Positions 1 to 9,609 of a stretch of DNA of 64,000 bases are shown here, piece by piece. The stretch covers positions 62,001 through 126,000 of the forward strand of contig MEDY01000004.1 of NCBI GenBank assembly GCA_001724265.1, read 5' to 3'. This DNA is from Rhizaria sp. SCN 62-66 (taxonomy: Eukaryota). Numbering within the stretch: position 1 is the stretch's first letter; each line of letters begins with the position of its first letter. Made by a program: the position numbers and the translations under genes. The notes under the pieces are model-generated. The model saw only the letters and a list, made by a program, of their open reading frames with translations, was not told the DNA's origin and made no database searches.

Positions 1-1582
1 CCACGCTCGAGGCGTCCACGCCAATAGCGTCCACGGCGCACACGCACAGGTGCAGCGCAACCCCAACGGCGCTCGCTGCCGCGGCCCGATGCGCCGCGCG
101 AAGACCGGCGGCAACGGGCCGCTCTGCGAGAGGCGCGAAGGCGGCTTCGTCCTCGCCGTCGTCGGCGGGCGCGCGCAGGCGGCGCAGAGCAGCGGACAGC
201 GCGGAGGCGAGCGAGACCGCGGCCGCATGCGCGCGGACGGCCAGCCCCAGCAGCGCCGCAGTGCTGACAGAGCCAGCAGTGGAGGACGCGGTGGCCCGCG
301 AGTCGGCAGCAAGCTTCGCGCAGAGCGCGTTCACAACGCCCACCTCGGCGGCCGCGGCGAGTGGCACCCACACGACGCGCACGGGCGACACGGCCCACGC
401 CGCTGTGGCGGCAGCCGTGGCCGCGGCAGCGGCGGCGGCGGGGCCAAAAGGGCGCAGCACGGCAGGCGCGTCCGCGGGCCCGTTGCGGCGGCCGGGCAGT
501 GCAAAGCCCTCTTCATTGTCGTCGCCGCCACTGATGGCGCTGCCGTCGTAGTGGTCTCCAGCAAACTCGGGCTGAGGTATGGTCCTGCTGCGCGCATCAG
601 CGTCTTCAGCTGTACGTGTGTCGTAGGTGTAGTTGTGCTCGTAATCGTTGACTTCACCATGATCAGCTGGGCTGTCATAGGCCACGCCCCTGTGTGTCGC
701 GTGCGCCGCGGTGCCGTGCGTCTCATTATCGTGCGCCGCGGTGCCATGTGCCGCGGTGCCAGGCGCTGCACCGTAAAGCGCCGCAGCCGCCGTGGGCGTG
801 TCGGCAACCTGTGTGCTGCGCGGGCGCGGGGCCACGCCAGACGCATATACTGAGCCTGAGACTGGAGCTGCGGCGGAGTCTGTGGCTGAGGGGGGCGTGA
901 CCAGGATCGTCACCGGCGGGCCCCACTGCGCGCGCCGCGCGCGGGGCGGGCTGCGCGAGCTCGTGGCCCCAGCCCGGCTGCCGCTGTTGAAGTCCGGCTG
1001 CGCCCGCGACGGACTCAGCGGCACACCGCGCTGCGTTGCCGTCGAGGATGAAAGTACGGCTGCTATCGCAGGGGAGGAGGGGTCTGTGAGAGGCTTCGTA
1101 GGGCTGCGACGCGCGGCTGCTGATGAGACGCGCGCGAGCACTTGCGCGGCCTCCTGCGAGGCGAAGAACGAACTCGACAGCGGGGCCGACTCCAAATCGG
1201 CGTCAGCGTCAGCATCAGCGACAACGATCGCGTTTGCAGTGGGTTCGCGGCCAGCAGCAGAGACGCCGTGCTCGAGCGCAAAGAGGTCTGAGACCGCGAA
1301 GGGGGCCGTTCGGGACCGAGAGCGCAAGGGCGTGCAACGAATTGGTGCGCGTACGGGCGCAGGGGCGGGCGCGTGTGCGGGCGGCGCAGGCTCATCCTCC
1401 GGTGGCGGCGTTGGGGGCAGCACTGGCGGGCGAGTAACCGTTGGCGCTAGGGAGCGCTTCAGAGGCACCTGCGGGTCGTCGAAGCCAGGGTAGGTCGCGT
1501 AGCTCTTCTTGGTGGAGTAGTTAAGCTCTTCTGCCAGAGCGTCGAGCTCACTCTCCTGCTCTGGTTGCAGGACGCGGCTCAT
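1..1582 (-). CDS. Hypothetical protein, N-terminal part (runs off the window start); long Pro/Ser/Ala-rich disordered N-terminus
   Basis: My own translation from ATG at 1582 (MSRVLQPEQESELDALAEELNYSTKKSYATYPGFDDPQVPLK...) stays open to position 1. It is GC-rich like the other CDSs and bounded upstream by an AT-rich spacer. It is absent from the ORF track because no stop falls in the window. No family recognised. Confidence 0.75.
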   Translation of the reverse strand, partial: MSRVLQPEQESELDALAEELNYSTKKSYATYPGFDDPQVPLKRSLAPTVTRPPVLPPTPPPEDEPAPPAHAPAPAPVRAPIRCTPLRSRSRTAPFAVSDLFALEHGVSAAGREPTANAIVVADADADADLESAPLSSSFFASQEAAQVLARVSSAAARRSPTKPLTDPSSPAIAAVLSSSTATQRGVPLSPSRAQPDFNSGSRAGATSSRSPPRARRAQWGPPVTILVTPPSATDSAAAPVSGSVYASGVAPRPRSTQVADTPTAAAALYGAAPGTAAHGTAAHDNETHGTAAHATHRGVAYDSPADHGEVNDYEHNYTYDTRTAEDADARSRTIPQPEFAGDHYDGSAISGGDDNEEGFALPGRRNGPADAPAVLRPFGPAAAAAAATAAATAAWAVSPVRVVWVPLAAAAEVGVVNALCAKLAADSRATASSTAGSVSTAALLGLAVRAHAAAVSLASALSAALRRLRAPADDGEDEAAFAPLAERPVAAGLRAAHRAAAASAVGVALHLCVCAVDAIGVDASSV

Positions 1583-2142
1583 CGGGGTACTAAGGTGCGT
1601 CCCACCTAGGGGTGCGATTCAAGCAGTCAACTCACTGTGCAATGAAAATACCAAAACGACGATGAGAATGGCATTTGGCGTAATATAATTTATGAGTTAT
1701 AGTTAAAGTGTATATTTGATTTTGGTTTAGTTATACTGCGCGCATCTTGCGGACTTAACACCAGCATCTACCTATCCAAAGATTCGTGAAGTTCGTCCGC
1801 CACAACTCGACTCTTCGCTCTACGACCACATTTAAAGACATTATGAGCTGCGATGAAGGCGCTTGTATGTTGGATCGTGCCACTGTGCTGTAGTTGGTGT
1901 TAGTTGCCTGAATATGCGGGTTCCTACTTGCCTCGCTAAGCACAACGCACTACAGATACGGATGAAGATTTGTTGGTCTCGATGCCCCGCTTCTTAAGTC
2001 AAGTGCGCAGTCGCACTGCAGTGGCTTTAAATAATCATCAAGTGAACAAGCGTATGTATTCTAGTTTTATTATCTCATTAAATTCCATCGCCCACACTGT
2101 TTTTCTTCCTTTCACACGTTGCAGAAGCCTCGCAGCGTCTCG

Positions 2143-5100
2143 ATGCAGAGCTTCAGCCTCGTGACCTCGTTCACGACGGACCGGACGTGTTTCGTCACGT
2201 TCCCGCTCGCGTTCGTGCCGCTCGACGAGCTGGTCGCCGCGCAGCCGCAGCGCTCGAGCTGGGTGTTTCAGTTGACATGGCACACGGCCTCGGCCGCGGG
2301 CGGCGCCGAGCAGACGCATAGCGCGTACGTCGGCTGGCGCGGCGCTCGCACCAACGCGGCCCAGGAGGTCGTCGGCATCCCCGTGCGCCTCGCGGAGTGC
2401 CTCGGCGTCCCCAGCGGCGTGCGCGTGGCGATCTCGCTGTGCGCAGACGTGCTGCCGTCGCTGCACGTGGAGCTCGAGCCCGCGGGAGCGGACGACTACG
2501 AGGTGCTGGAGCTGAACCAGGCCTTCGTGATCGACCACCTGCTGGATCAGGTCGCGGTGCTGCAGCACGGAGCGCGATTCCCCGTCTACGTCCGCAACGC
2601 GCTCGTGCACCTCCGCGTTGTTGCTGACTGGCACGACAACGCCGCCGAGGGCTTTCGCGAGCGCGGCATTGTCACCCGCCGCACCGTGGCCTCCGGTGCT
2701 AACGGGGCCGGTGCGCGCCCCTTCTCGGTCATCGGGCCCGACTCCGAGCTCGCCATCGCCACCAAGCTGCGCCCTGCCGCGCCCTCCGCCGCCGCTTCGG
2801 ATGCCGCTGCTGGTGTTGCGGTAGCCGCGGAGCCCGCGCACGAGGCCGTGCTGCGCGTGCAGCCCTTCCCGCTCCCGCCGCCCCGCGCCGCCGCGCCCGG
2901 CGCGCTGACGCCCTCCAGCTCATCAGCATCATCCTCGCCCTTATCTTTGTCTGCGAACGCGCCGTCCGCGGTGGCCGAGGACGCGCCGTTTGAGGGCGTG
3001 GTGTGGCTTCACGCGGCCGAGCTCGCCGCCCTGCGCGCCCGCGACGGCGACCTCGCGCTGCTGCGCTACGCACCGCCCGCCGCCGCGCTCGCCGCCTCGC
3101 GCGCGCCCGCTGCCGACGCCGATGGGTCCCAGGACGGCGACGGCGACTATGACGACGACGGCGATGAGAGCAAGACAGAGCCCTTCTCGGGCCCTTGGGC
3201 ACCCGGCGCCGACCCCGCGAACCCCGCCTCCGCCGCCGCCGCCGCCGCTGCAGCCCGCGCCGGCGGCCCCGCGCCGCCCGCCGCGCTGGTGCGCGTGCGA
3301 AGCGCTCAGGCACTGCCCCCCACGCTGCGCGGCGGCCCCGCGGCGGGCCACGCTGTGCTGCCGCGCTGCCTGCGCGCCGCGCTGGGCGTCGCGGCGGGCG
3401 AGCGCGTGAGTCTCGCGCGCGCCGACCCCCGCGCGCTGCACGCCGCGCCCGCGCCCGCGGCTATCGCGCTCCGCCAGGTGCTGCCCGCGCCTGCCGAGCC
3501 CGCGCTGCGCCGCGCGCACGCCGCACGCGTGGCCGTGGCTTGGGACGCCGCCGCCATCGCCGCGAGCGAGTCCGCCGGTGCGCAGGTACTAGGCTACCCC
3601 GCCGCCGCGGCCTCGGCCGCCACCGCCGCGGGCGCCGGCGCGGCGTGGGTGGCCCCCGACGAGCTGCTCGCGTCGGTCATCGCCTGGCTGGCCTCGGGCG
3701 CCGCCGCCGCACCGCTGCCCGTGGCCGCGGGCGTCGCCGCGCCCGGCGCGCTCGTGCGCGTGCCACTCCTGCGCCGCCCCGCGCCCGGCGCGCCGCTGCA
3801 GCGCTGCGGCGCGCTCGTGACTGTTGCGCTCACGCCGCTGCTTGCGGGCGACGCGCCGGAGCTCTCCGCGGCCGCCGCCGCAGCCGCGACGGCCGCTGAG
3901 GGCGCGCGCCCGCTGGTGGCAGCGGCCGAGGCGAGTGCGCGCTACGCGGCGACGGCTGCGCAGCGCGCCGAGGCCGCGGCGGCGCTGGGCCCGCAGGTCG
4001 CGTTCCTGGCCTCGGCGTCGGCCTGCGCGGGACCCGCGGGCGCGCACGGTGTGTGTCCGCGCCAGCTCGCTCTCTCCCGCTCGCCCGGTGCGGTGGCGGC
4101 CGCGCCCGCCGCGGCGGCGTGGGTGGCGCCCACCTCGGCGCTGCGGCCCGTCGCGGTTCCCGTGTGCGCGCACTGCGCCAGCGACAGCGGCAGCGCCAAT
4201 AGCACGTGCGGGTTGACCTACGCCGCGCTGCCCGCCGCGCTGGGCGGCGTGGTGCCGCTACTGACCTGCGCGCCGCTGCTCGCGCCCGCGCGGCCCGTTG
4301 ACGGTGCGCTCGCCGTGCGCTGGGACGCCGCCGCCGAGCGCGCGGTGCTTGCCCCGCTGCCGCTGTCGGCCGAGGCGCTGGCCGCGCTCGGCGGCGTTGC
4401 GCCCGCGCTTGCCGCGCTCGCCGCCGAGTGCGCCCGCGCGCGCGCCGCGGGCGGGTTCGCCGTCGCGCTGGTGACGGGCGCGGCAACGGCGGGTAAGTCG
4501 TCGCTGCTTGCGCGGCTGGCGCTGGCCGTGCAGTCCCCGGCGCTGCGGATGCTGCGCACGGCGTGGGTCGACTGCGCCGCGCTCGCCGGCCTGCGCGCGG
4601 CGGCCGTGCGCGCCGTGCTCTCCGCGGCTGTCGCGGCCGCGCAGGCCTCGGCGCCCGCGCTGCTGGTACTCGACGACTTGGACGCGCTGTGCCCGGCGCC
4701 CGTGCAGGCCGAGGGCGGCGCCGGCGGGGACCCAGGGCAGGCGCTCGCGCAGGCCGCCGTGGCCGCCATCGTGCGCGATGTGCTCGAGCGCGCCGCCGCC
4801 GCGGCTGCGGCGGGCGCGGGGCAGCTGGCCGTGGTTGCGACGGCCACCGCTGTCACGCGCCTCGCTCCTGCGCTGCGCCAGACGGGGCTCTTCGCCGACG
4901 CCACCGTGGCGCTCAAGCCGCCCGCGCTCGAAGCGCGCGGCGAGATCATCGCGGCGGCCGTGGCGGCGCTGGCGCGCGACGAGGGCGCGGCCGTGGCGCT
5001 GCCGCGCGCGCTGGCGGTGCGGCTGGCGCAGGACACCGAAGGCCACTCGCCGCAGGACATTGCGCAGCTGCTGCACCGCGCCCTTCACGCAGCACTCGCG

Positions 5101-6270
5101 CGCACCGACGTCATTGACGCACACGCGCGCGCGCCTTTCCAGGCTAAGCAACTGCACCCGCAGCAGCAGGTGCAGGTGCAGCTGACTGCGGGCGATCTGG
5201 CGACCGCGTCGGCGGGCTTCGTGCACAGCGCGCTCCAGGCGTTGTCGCTGAGCGCCAAGCCCCAGGTGTCGTGGAGCGACATCGGCGGGCTGGCCGACGT
5301 CAAGGAGACGCTGGTCGAGACGCTGGAGCTGCCCGCGCGGTTTGCCCGCGTGTTCAAGACGGTGCCGCTGAAGCTGCGGTCGGGCATCCTCCTCTACGGC
5401 CCGCCCGGCTGCGGCAAAACGATGCTCGCGCAGGCCGTGGCCGCGCAGTGCGGGCTCAACTTCATCTCCGTCAAGGGCCCCGAGCTGCTCAACAAGTACA
5501 TCGGCGCGTCGGAGGAGAACGTGCGCGCGCTCTTTGCCCGCGCCGCGGCGGCCGCGCCGTGCGTGCTTTTCTTCGACGAGTTCGACTCGATCGCGCCCAA
5601 GCGTGGCGGCGACTCTACGGGCGTGACGGACCGCGTGGTGAACCAGTTCCTGTGCCAGCTCGACGGCGTCGAGGGCCGCGAGGGCGTCTACGTGCTCGCG
5701 GCCTCCAGCCGGCCCGACCTCATCGACGCCGCGCTGCTGCGCCCGGGGCGGCTCGACAAGGCCATCTACTGCCCGCTGCCCGAGTCGGCTGCTGAGCGCG
5801 AGGCCGTGCTGCGCGCTGTGGGGCAGTTGCGGCCCGCGGCGGAGCTCTCGGCGACCGAAACCGCGGCGCTGGGCGCGTACGCCGTGCCCGGCGCGCGGTG
5901 GGTGACGCGCTCGCGGCGCTTCGTGCTGGGGCCCGACGCGGACATCGCCGCCGTGGCCGCGCGCGCGGTGGAGATGACGGCCGCAGACCTGGGCGCGGTG
6001 CTGCGCAACGCCACGCTGGCGGCCGTGCGCGAGGTAGAGGCCAAGGCCGCCGCGGGCGGGGAAGTCACCGACGCCGACGAGCGCGGCGGCCGGCCCGTGG
6101 TGTGGGCGCGGCACCTGAACCAGGCGCTGGCGACGACGGCCGTGTCGCTGCCGCGCAGGGAGCGCGAGCGCTTCGGACGCATCTACAGCAAGTTCATCGC
6201 CAGCAAGACGCCCTCTGAGGCCGAGACTGAGTTTGATCCCACGAAACCCATGATGACCGCGACCAAGTGA
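2143..6270 (+). CDS. PEX1: Peroxisome biogenesis AAA+ ATPase PEX1
   Basis: N-terminus TCFVTFP followed by PEX-1N-like VELEPAGADDYEVLELNQAFVIDHLLDQVAVL. Degenerate D1 (GAATAGKS, LLVLDDLD). Canonical D2: WSDIGGL, LRSGILLYGPPGCGKT, FISVKGPELLNKYIGASEE, FFDEFDSIAPKRGGDSTGVTDRVVNQFL, SRPDLIDAALLRPGRLDK. First ATG 2143; stop TGA. Confidence 0.95.
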   Translation: MQSFSLVTSFTTDRTCFVTFPLAFVPLDELVAAQPQRSSWVFQLTWHTASAAGGAEQTHSAYVGWRGARTNAAQEVVGIPVRLAECLGVPSGVRVAISLCADVLPSLHVELEPAGADDYEVLELNQAFVIDHLLDQVAVLQHGARFPVYVRNALVHLRVVADWHDNAAEGFRERGIVTRRTVASGANGAGARPFSVIGPDSELAIATKLRPAAPSAAASDAAAGVAVAAEPAHEAVLRVQPFPLPPPRAAAPGALTPSSSSASSSPLSLSANAPSAVAEDAPFEGVVWLHAAELAALRARDGDLALLRYAPPAAALAASRAPAADADGSQDGDGDYDDDGDESKTEPFSGPWAPGADPANPASAAAAAAAARAGGPAPPAALVRVRSAQALPPTLRGGPAAGHAVLPRCLRAALGVAAGERVSLARADPRALHAAPAPAAIALRQVLPAPAEPALRRAHAARVAVAWDAAAIAASESAGAQVLGYPAAAASAATAAGAGAAWVAPDELLASVIAWLASGAAAAPLPVAAGVAAPGALVRVPLLRRPAPGAPLQRCGALVTVALTPLLAGDAPELSAAAAAAATAAEGARPLVAAAEASARYAATAAQRAEAAAALGPQVAFLASASACAGPAGAHGVCPRQLALSRSPGAVAAAPAAAAWVAPTSALRPVAVPVCAHCASDSGSANSTCGLTYAALPAALGGVVPLLTCAPLLAPARPVDGALAVRWDAAAERAVLAPLPLSAEALAALGGVAPALAALAAECARARAAGGFAVALVTGAATAGKSSLLARLALAVQSPALRMLRTAWVDCAALAGLRAAAVRAVLSAAVAAAQASAPALLVLDDLDALCPAPVQAEGGAGGDPGQALAQAAVAAIVRDVLERAAAAAAAGAGQLAVVATATAVTRLAPALRQTGLFADATVALKPPALEARGEIIAAAVAALARDEGAAVALPRALAVRLAQDTEGHSPQDIAQLLHRALHAALARTDVIDAHARAPFQAKQLHPQQQVQVQLTAGDLATASAGFVHSALQALSLSAKPQVSWSDIGGLADVKETLVETLELPARFARVFKTVPLKLRSGILLYGPPGCGKTMLAQAVAAQCGLNFISVKGPELLNKYIGASEENVRALFARAAAAAPCVLFFDEFDSIAPKRGGDSTGVTDRVVNQFLCQLDGVEGREGVYVLAASSRPDLIDAALLRPGRLDKAIYCPLPESAAEREAVLRAVGQLRPAAELSATETAALGAYAVPGARWVTRSRRFVLGPDADIAAVAARAVEMTAADLGAVLRNATLAAVREVEAKAAAGGEVTDADERGGRPVVWARHLNQALATTAVSLPRRERERFGRIYSKFIASKTPSEAETEFDPTKPMMTATK

Positions 6271-7378
6271 CCGAGTGACACGCTCGGTGACGGAGAACTG
6301 TGTGTACCAGCGATTCCAAGGACTTCTGAGTTTGCGAGGTTACAATTACGGTCAGGATTTGACACGCGTAAATTGGTGTGTCAACAGCTTTGGGAGGTCG
6401 AGTGTATTTTTAAGTGTTTGTTACTCAGTATATTTTTGTCTATTTATCATAGAGTCCCTCGATAATGTGCTCGTTGTCATAGTATGCATTTTGCAGTCTG
6501 GCTGAAAGTGCGCCAGCTCACTTTCGCTCACTTAAATCAGCATTTCGCTGTTTTTAAACGTTACTAAATCGTAATATATGGATTCAATGCATTATAACAA
6601 AAGGATGATGCGTCTTTCGCATTGAACAATTGACTAAACAACTGATTATTACGAAAATATCGTGTCTGTTTGCATGTTTTTGTATTCTTCGCCACTACAC
6701 ACGTGCTGCAGTCAAAAAAGAGAAATAAAACTGTATTATGTGGTGCAAATGCACCAGTCAGGCGGTATAAAGCATTTTTCGGTTTAGCACAAGTGTGATC
6801 GCCTCTGGGATAAATGGCGGACATTTCCAGGTGAATGTTAGTTGTTTTATCATAATGGTGCTTTTTCGCACCTCTAAACAACGTAGTTGTGCAACTCAAC
6901 TGGAATTCACGACTTTGCCGCAACCCTCGAGTCGTTGGGGTTGCACGCAAAATATGACGTTTAGCTGTGCACATGTGTTCAATCCTTTGTGCGACTATAC
7001 TGTGGCAACGGAATGACTACTCAACTGTCTGAATTGCAACATAGCGCGGTCGGGCATGTGTAGAACATCGTCTTCTGCGACATCTTGAAGTTTGGGTGCG
7101 ATTTGACTGAGGTTGGTGCAGTTCAAATCTAACACAGTTCAGCTTGGGCGTATTGTGAATACTTTCGATCTAACAGAGATGCGCGAAAGTGCTATCATTT
7201 GTGTCGAGCTGGCGTGGAGTGGAGATGGTAGTTTTAACATTTGATCTTTCCCAGACTGTATATTTGCTGTGATTTTAACCTCCAAAGTCGACATCGTAAC
7301 CGTACCCCTCTGACCCTCCACCCTTCTTTTCTTTCTTCGCGTTGACGATCGATGCCTCCCTAGATCAAACAATCAACC

Positions 7379-8811
7379 ATGCTTCGCTCCCGCGTCTTTT
7401 CTGCCGTGACCAAGTCTTCGACTTCGAGTCTTTGCAAGCCCGCGCTCTCGCTCTTCAAGGCCCCTGCGGTCTCGGCGCGCGTGCCCAAGATGGCCACCAC
7501 CACTCGCCCCTCCTCTTTCTTCTCGACCACCGTCGCCGCTGGTGCCGTGCCGCCCGTCGCTCCTGCGGCCGTGGACAAGATCGTGTCCGCGACCAAGGCC
7601 AACGGCAGCCGCGCTTACGACTGGATTGACGCCGAGGCTGAGACGCTCATCGCCAAGGTCCGGATCTTGTCTTGCCTCCGTTTCATATCTTCTCTCCTCG
7701 TTCAACGTAACGCCCCACTCCACGTTCTCTCCTTCCTCGTCCGAACAAGACTTCCTATCACTTATTGTCCAAACCACTCTCTCCTCTATCTCTTGTTTGT
7801 TCAATCACTGTCCACTCACTTCTTCCCAACCGCTCTCCTTGGTTCCTCGCCTTTGCCGTCGCCTCTGTCCTCCTCCCACCCAGACCTACGCCCTCCACAA
7901 CCCCGAGAGCGTTCACCTCTTCCCTCGCCGCCCCGTGACCAACGAGGAGCTCGAGGCCGTCGGCGCGCCCGTCCACTTCCCCCCCAAGTCCCCTCTCGAC
8001 TACCTCGCCTACGGCACCATGCGCTTCCTCCGCATCTTCACTGTACGTTACTCGCGCCCTTCATCTCATTAGCTCATTAGCGAACTGACAAGACAGATAT
8101 GCCTTCGTGTGTGTGGTGTTTTATATCTTGAATGTCTTCCTGATGTCGTCGCGCGCACTTGCCCTGTCTCACGTCTTTTCAACCTCTTATTTTATGTTAC
8201 ACTCTTCACTCGCACTCGCACGCACTCGCACGCAGCACATGTTCTTCCGCGAGAAGTACGACCACCACGCCGTGGTGCTCGAGACCGTGGCCGCGGTGCC
8301 CGGCGTTGTGGCGGCCGCGTTCCGCCACCTGCGCGCGCTGCGCCGCATGGCCCCCGACCACGGCTGGATCCCCGCGCTGCAGGAGGAGGCCGAGAACGAG
8401 CGCATGCACCTGCTCATCTTCCTCCAGCTCACCAAGCCCTCGGGCCTGGAGCGCTTCCTCGTCATGCTCGCGCAGGGCGGCTACCTGGCCTTCTACGCCG
8501 CGCTCTACACCTTCTCGGCGCAGTCCGCGCACCGCATGGTAGGCTACCTGGAGGAGGAGGCGCACCTCGCCTACACGGCCTACCTGGCCGCCATCGACTC
8601 CGGCGCGCTCGAGAACAAGCCCGCGCCCGAGATCGCCAAGAAGTACTACGGCCTGCCCGCTGATGCGCGTCTGCGCGACGTCGTGCTGCGCGTGCGCGCC
8701 GACGAGTGCACGCACCGCGATTTCAACCACATGCTCGCCAACAAGGTCCGCGACAACGATACCAGCTCGCCCCCCTTCTTCATGGGCCAGGCCCCCGCCG
8801 CCCACATGTAA
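7379..8811 (+). CDS. AOX: Mitochondrial alternative oxidase (3 exons)
   Basis: Exons 7379-7657, 7884-8042, 8236-8811 join in frame across GT-AG introns. Di-iron motifs LETVAAVPG, EEAENERMHL, GYLEEEA, RADECTH. Arg/Ser/Lys-rich, acid-poor N-terminus resembles a mitochondrial presequence. Stop TAA. Confidence 0.95.
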
Positions 8812-9609
8812 GGTGACACGCAACCCATGTGTAATCCCTATGTAACGCGGACGCGCGGTGTGACTGACAGCAAAACGAGCGCGGCCCAGAACAGGACTCC
8901 TGAGCCCTGTACCATGCTGTCTCACTTTGTGTGTCTGTCTCTGCGTGTGTACGTTCGTTCGTGCGTCACTTTATGTGAGCATGACTTGTGTGAGCCCACA
9001 TTGAGCTGTTGCAGATGTGCCTTTTCCCTGGGCCCGCTGCAGTCAACTGCAATGTCAGAATCGGACTCGTGGTAGAGCAGTTGTGTGTGTTTTTTATCAT
9101 CATACGGCTATCAAGACACAGCACCCTCAACCACAGGCTGATATCAATGAAGATTGAACTAATCTATAATATAGCAGTAGTAACAAACAAGGAGAGGTGT
9201 GGGAGAAGCAAAAAAAAAATCGAAACTCAGTCACAATTTTTCCCTTCGTGAGACCCATAAGGGGTTTAACAAATGAAATGACCTCAATCGACAGCTGTTA
9301 TATTTAAGGCTCGATCGATTTTCTAAACTCTGAATGTTCCCTACCTTTCGTAATAACTCCCCTCTTTTCGCGCTGCGTGTGAACATTGCAGCCGCGAGCA
9401 TATCCGTATCATCGTGATGCACGCGCGCTGTACTGTAGCAACGACAGCATATATCAAAACGTGACTTAATACAAGAACTTTTCGCTTCGATTGATACGAT
9501 AGTTGAGCGCTGTGATAATGAATTTATGTTAGTGTATGATTACATGATTTAAAAATTACTCCTAAAAAATGAAACCGTGATTTTCAGTCAGCGCCAGTGT
9601 GTGTCCCTC

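Noticed and set aside
4480-4690. Degenerate Walker A/B in the first AAA domain of PEX1
   Set aside because: A divergent D1 is normal for PEX1/PEX6, so this is not a novelty.
6271-7300. Short AT-rich ORFs and possible tRNA-like stretches in spacers (also 33120-34600, 39060-40190, 51915-53006)
   Set aside because: No cloverleaf or T-loop consensus, no protein motifs, and composition matches UTR/intergenic DNA.
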